A DNA stretch of 64,000 nucleotides, taken from Macrostomum lignano (lineage: Eukaryota). The notes beneath the pieces were generated by a model. That model did not search any database. It saw nothing but the letters and a program-made list of their open reading frames with translations, and was not told the DNA's origin. A program made the position numbers and the translations under genes. Below are positions 62,355 through 64,000 of this stretch, piece by piece (the first letter of the stretch is position 1; every line of letters starts with the position of its first letter). The stretch lies in assembly GCA_002269645.1 (NCBI GenBank), contig NIVC01002509.1, positions 1-64,000 of the forward strand. Direction: 5' to 3'.

Positions 62355-62630
62355 CTGACCCTCCCAGATCCTGAGTTGCTGGGCCAGCCTCCCAGATCCT
62401 CAGCTGCTGGGCCAGCCTCCCACATCCTCAGCCAGCCTCCCAGATCCTCAGTTGCTGGGCCAGCCTCCCAGATCCTCAGTTGCTGGGCCAGCCTCCCAGA
62501 TCCTCAGCTGCTGGGCCAGCCTCCCAAATCCGTAGTTGCTGGGCCAGCCTCCCAGATCCTCAGTTGCTGGGCCAGCCTCCCAGATCCTCAGTTGCTGGGC
62601 CAGCCTCCCAGATCCTCAGTTGCTAGGCTA
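62355..62630. repeat. 28-bp minisatellite (GCTGGGCCAGCCTCCCAGATCCTCAGTT) filling most of ALIX intron 5
   Basis: Direct inspection. Confidence 0.93.
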
Positions 62631-62641
62631 ACCTGCTCCAG

Positions 62642-63162
62642 GTGCCACCGGTGAACTCGCTCTCGGCCATAGACAAGGCCGCCATCGCCAAGGCCATCCC
62701 CATGGCCTACCCAATGTCCGAAGGCTTCCGCGACAGCTTCGACAGGCTGGTGCCCATGCACATCCATCAGTCCTTGCTGAACTTCGAAGCCTGCCGTAAT
62801 GACGCCTGCCAGAAGGAGCTGGGCCGCCTGCGCGAGGCCACCAGTCTGATGCAGGGCGTGCTAACCTCGCTGAACCTGCCGATGTCGCTAGAAGACTCTG
62901 GCTCGGCCAGCGTGCCGCCTTCGCTGCTTGACAAGGCCCGCGATCTGGTTGACAAAGGCGGCTACGAGAAGTTGCGCGAATTGTCCTCTGAGAATCCCGA
63001 GCTGCACAAGCGCAATCGCGAAATACTGGACGAAGCCCTGCGCTTGCTAGACGAGGAGCAGGAGGCCGATAATAAGCTGCGGGAACAGTTCAAGGAGAAA
63101 TGGCAGCGAACTCCGTCTGAACGGCTTAACGATAAACTGCGCAGCGAGGCTATGAACTTCAA
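62642..63162 (+). CDS. PDCD6IP: ALIX exon 6 (end of BRO1 and start of V domain; LNLPMSLED…KEKWQRTPSERLN)
   Basis: ALIX V-domain motifs (LNLP-x-x-LED, W-x-R-T-P-S); CTCCAG acceptor, GTGAGA donor; phase 0/2. Confidence 0.95.
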
Positions 63163-63259
63163 GTGAGAATTTTGTCTGTTGTGAGATTCCTGCGATGCTT
63201 TTTTAGTAAAGACTCGTAACTTTTTTCGTCTGATGCTTTTCCGTCAGAGGTGTGAGATT

Positions 63260-63730
63260 TCCTAAGAGCTACTATCAATTATGAGATTTCCTATGATATG
63301 CTATCAATTGTGAGATTTCCAATGATATGCTATCAATTGTGAGATTTCCAATGATATGCTATCAATTGTGAGATTTCCATGATGCTATTCAGTCTGAGGC
63401 GTGAGATTTCCCATGAGATGCTATTCAGTCTGAGACGTGAGATTTCCCATGAGATGCTATTCAGTCTGAGGCGTGAGATTTCCCATGAGATGCTATTCAG
63501 TCTGAGGCATGAGTTTTCCTATGAGATGCTATTCAGTCTGAGGCATGAGGTTTCCCATGCGATGCAACTCAGTCTGAGAGCGTGAGATTTCCCATGAGCT
63601 GCAACTCAGTCTGAGAGCGTGAGATTTCCCATGAGCTGCAACTCAGTCTGAGAGCGTGAGATTTCCCATGAGCTGCAACTCAGTCTGAGAGCGTGAGATT
63701 TCCCATGAGCTGCAACTCAGTCTGAGGAGT
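63260..63730. repeat. Adjacent 29-bp and 36-bp related minisatellites in ALIX intron 6 (shared GTGAGATTTCC core)
   Basis: Direct inspection. Confidence 0.9.
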
Positions 63731-63849
63731 TGTATGCCTAAAACTGTCTAAATTTAAAAATACCAATTTTGTTGCTGCAATGCTACTAATATAGTAAACT
63801 AGGACAGTAGCTTAAAAGCGCATGTCCCGCTAAAAAACACACCCGCCAG

Positions 63850-64000
63850 GCAAATGCTGGAGAACGCGTCAAGCGCCGATCGCACTGTGCAACAGAAAAT
63901 CGCCGACAATTCCGAGGGTCTCACCGTACTGAGCGGCGGCGAATCCAAGATCAAAGCCGCCCTACCGACAGCCGGCGGCCAAGCTGCCAGCGGCGGCTCC
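63850..64000 (+). CDS. PDCD6IP: ALIX exon 7, partial (QMLENASSADRTVQQKI…ALPTAGG)
   Basis: CGCCAG acceptor, phase 2, open to the window end; V-domain-like. Confidence 0.88.

Overview
Eukaryotic (animal) genomic DNA with spliced genes, GC-rich exons and introns packed with minisatellites. The style suggests a Macrostomum-type flatworm; this is inference, not confirmed. The window holds two divergent multi-exon genes. (1) Minus strand, about 36505 down to below position 1: a RIM-binding protein (RIMBP/Rbp family) with N-terminal coiled coils, SH3-1 and three FN3 domains. The C-terminal SH3 pair is presumably outside the window. Its intron at 1112-4619 hides a ~2.3 kb Met-free exon (3648-1351) that looks like an alternative terminal exon. 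That exon encodes a Gly/Pro/Asp-rich repeat domain I do not recognise, an (AAAAE)n spacer and an 11-residue amphipathic repeat, followed by a stop and AATAAA. Four 1-nt frameshifts interrupt this gene as assembled. (2) Plus strand, 43985 to beyond 64000: ALIX/PDCD6IP (BRO1 domain and start of the V domain), with an intact exon chain. Its intron 1 carries a 2.84 kb Mutator-like element (~207 bp TIRs, 8 bp TSD). Its intron 4 is ~98% a single 10.7 kb array of 25/26 bp units. The intergenic region holds a mosaic of non-LTR retrotransposon fragments. More than 20 distinct tandem arrays occur, nearly one private array per intron, often abutting splice sites. No CRISPR, tRNA or rRNA was recognised. 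Exon boundaries were derived by hand from GT/AG signals and phase continuity.
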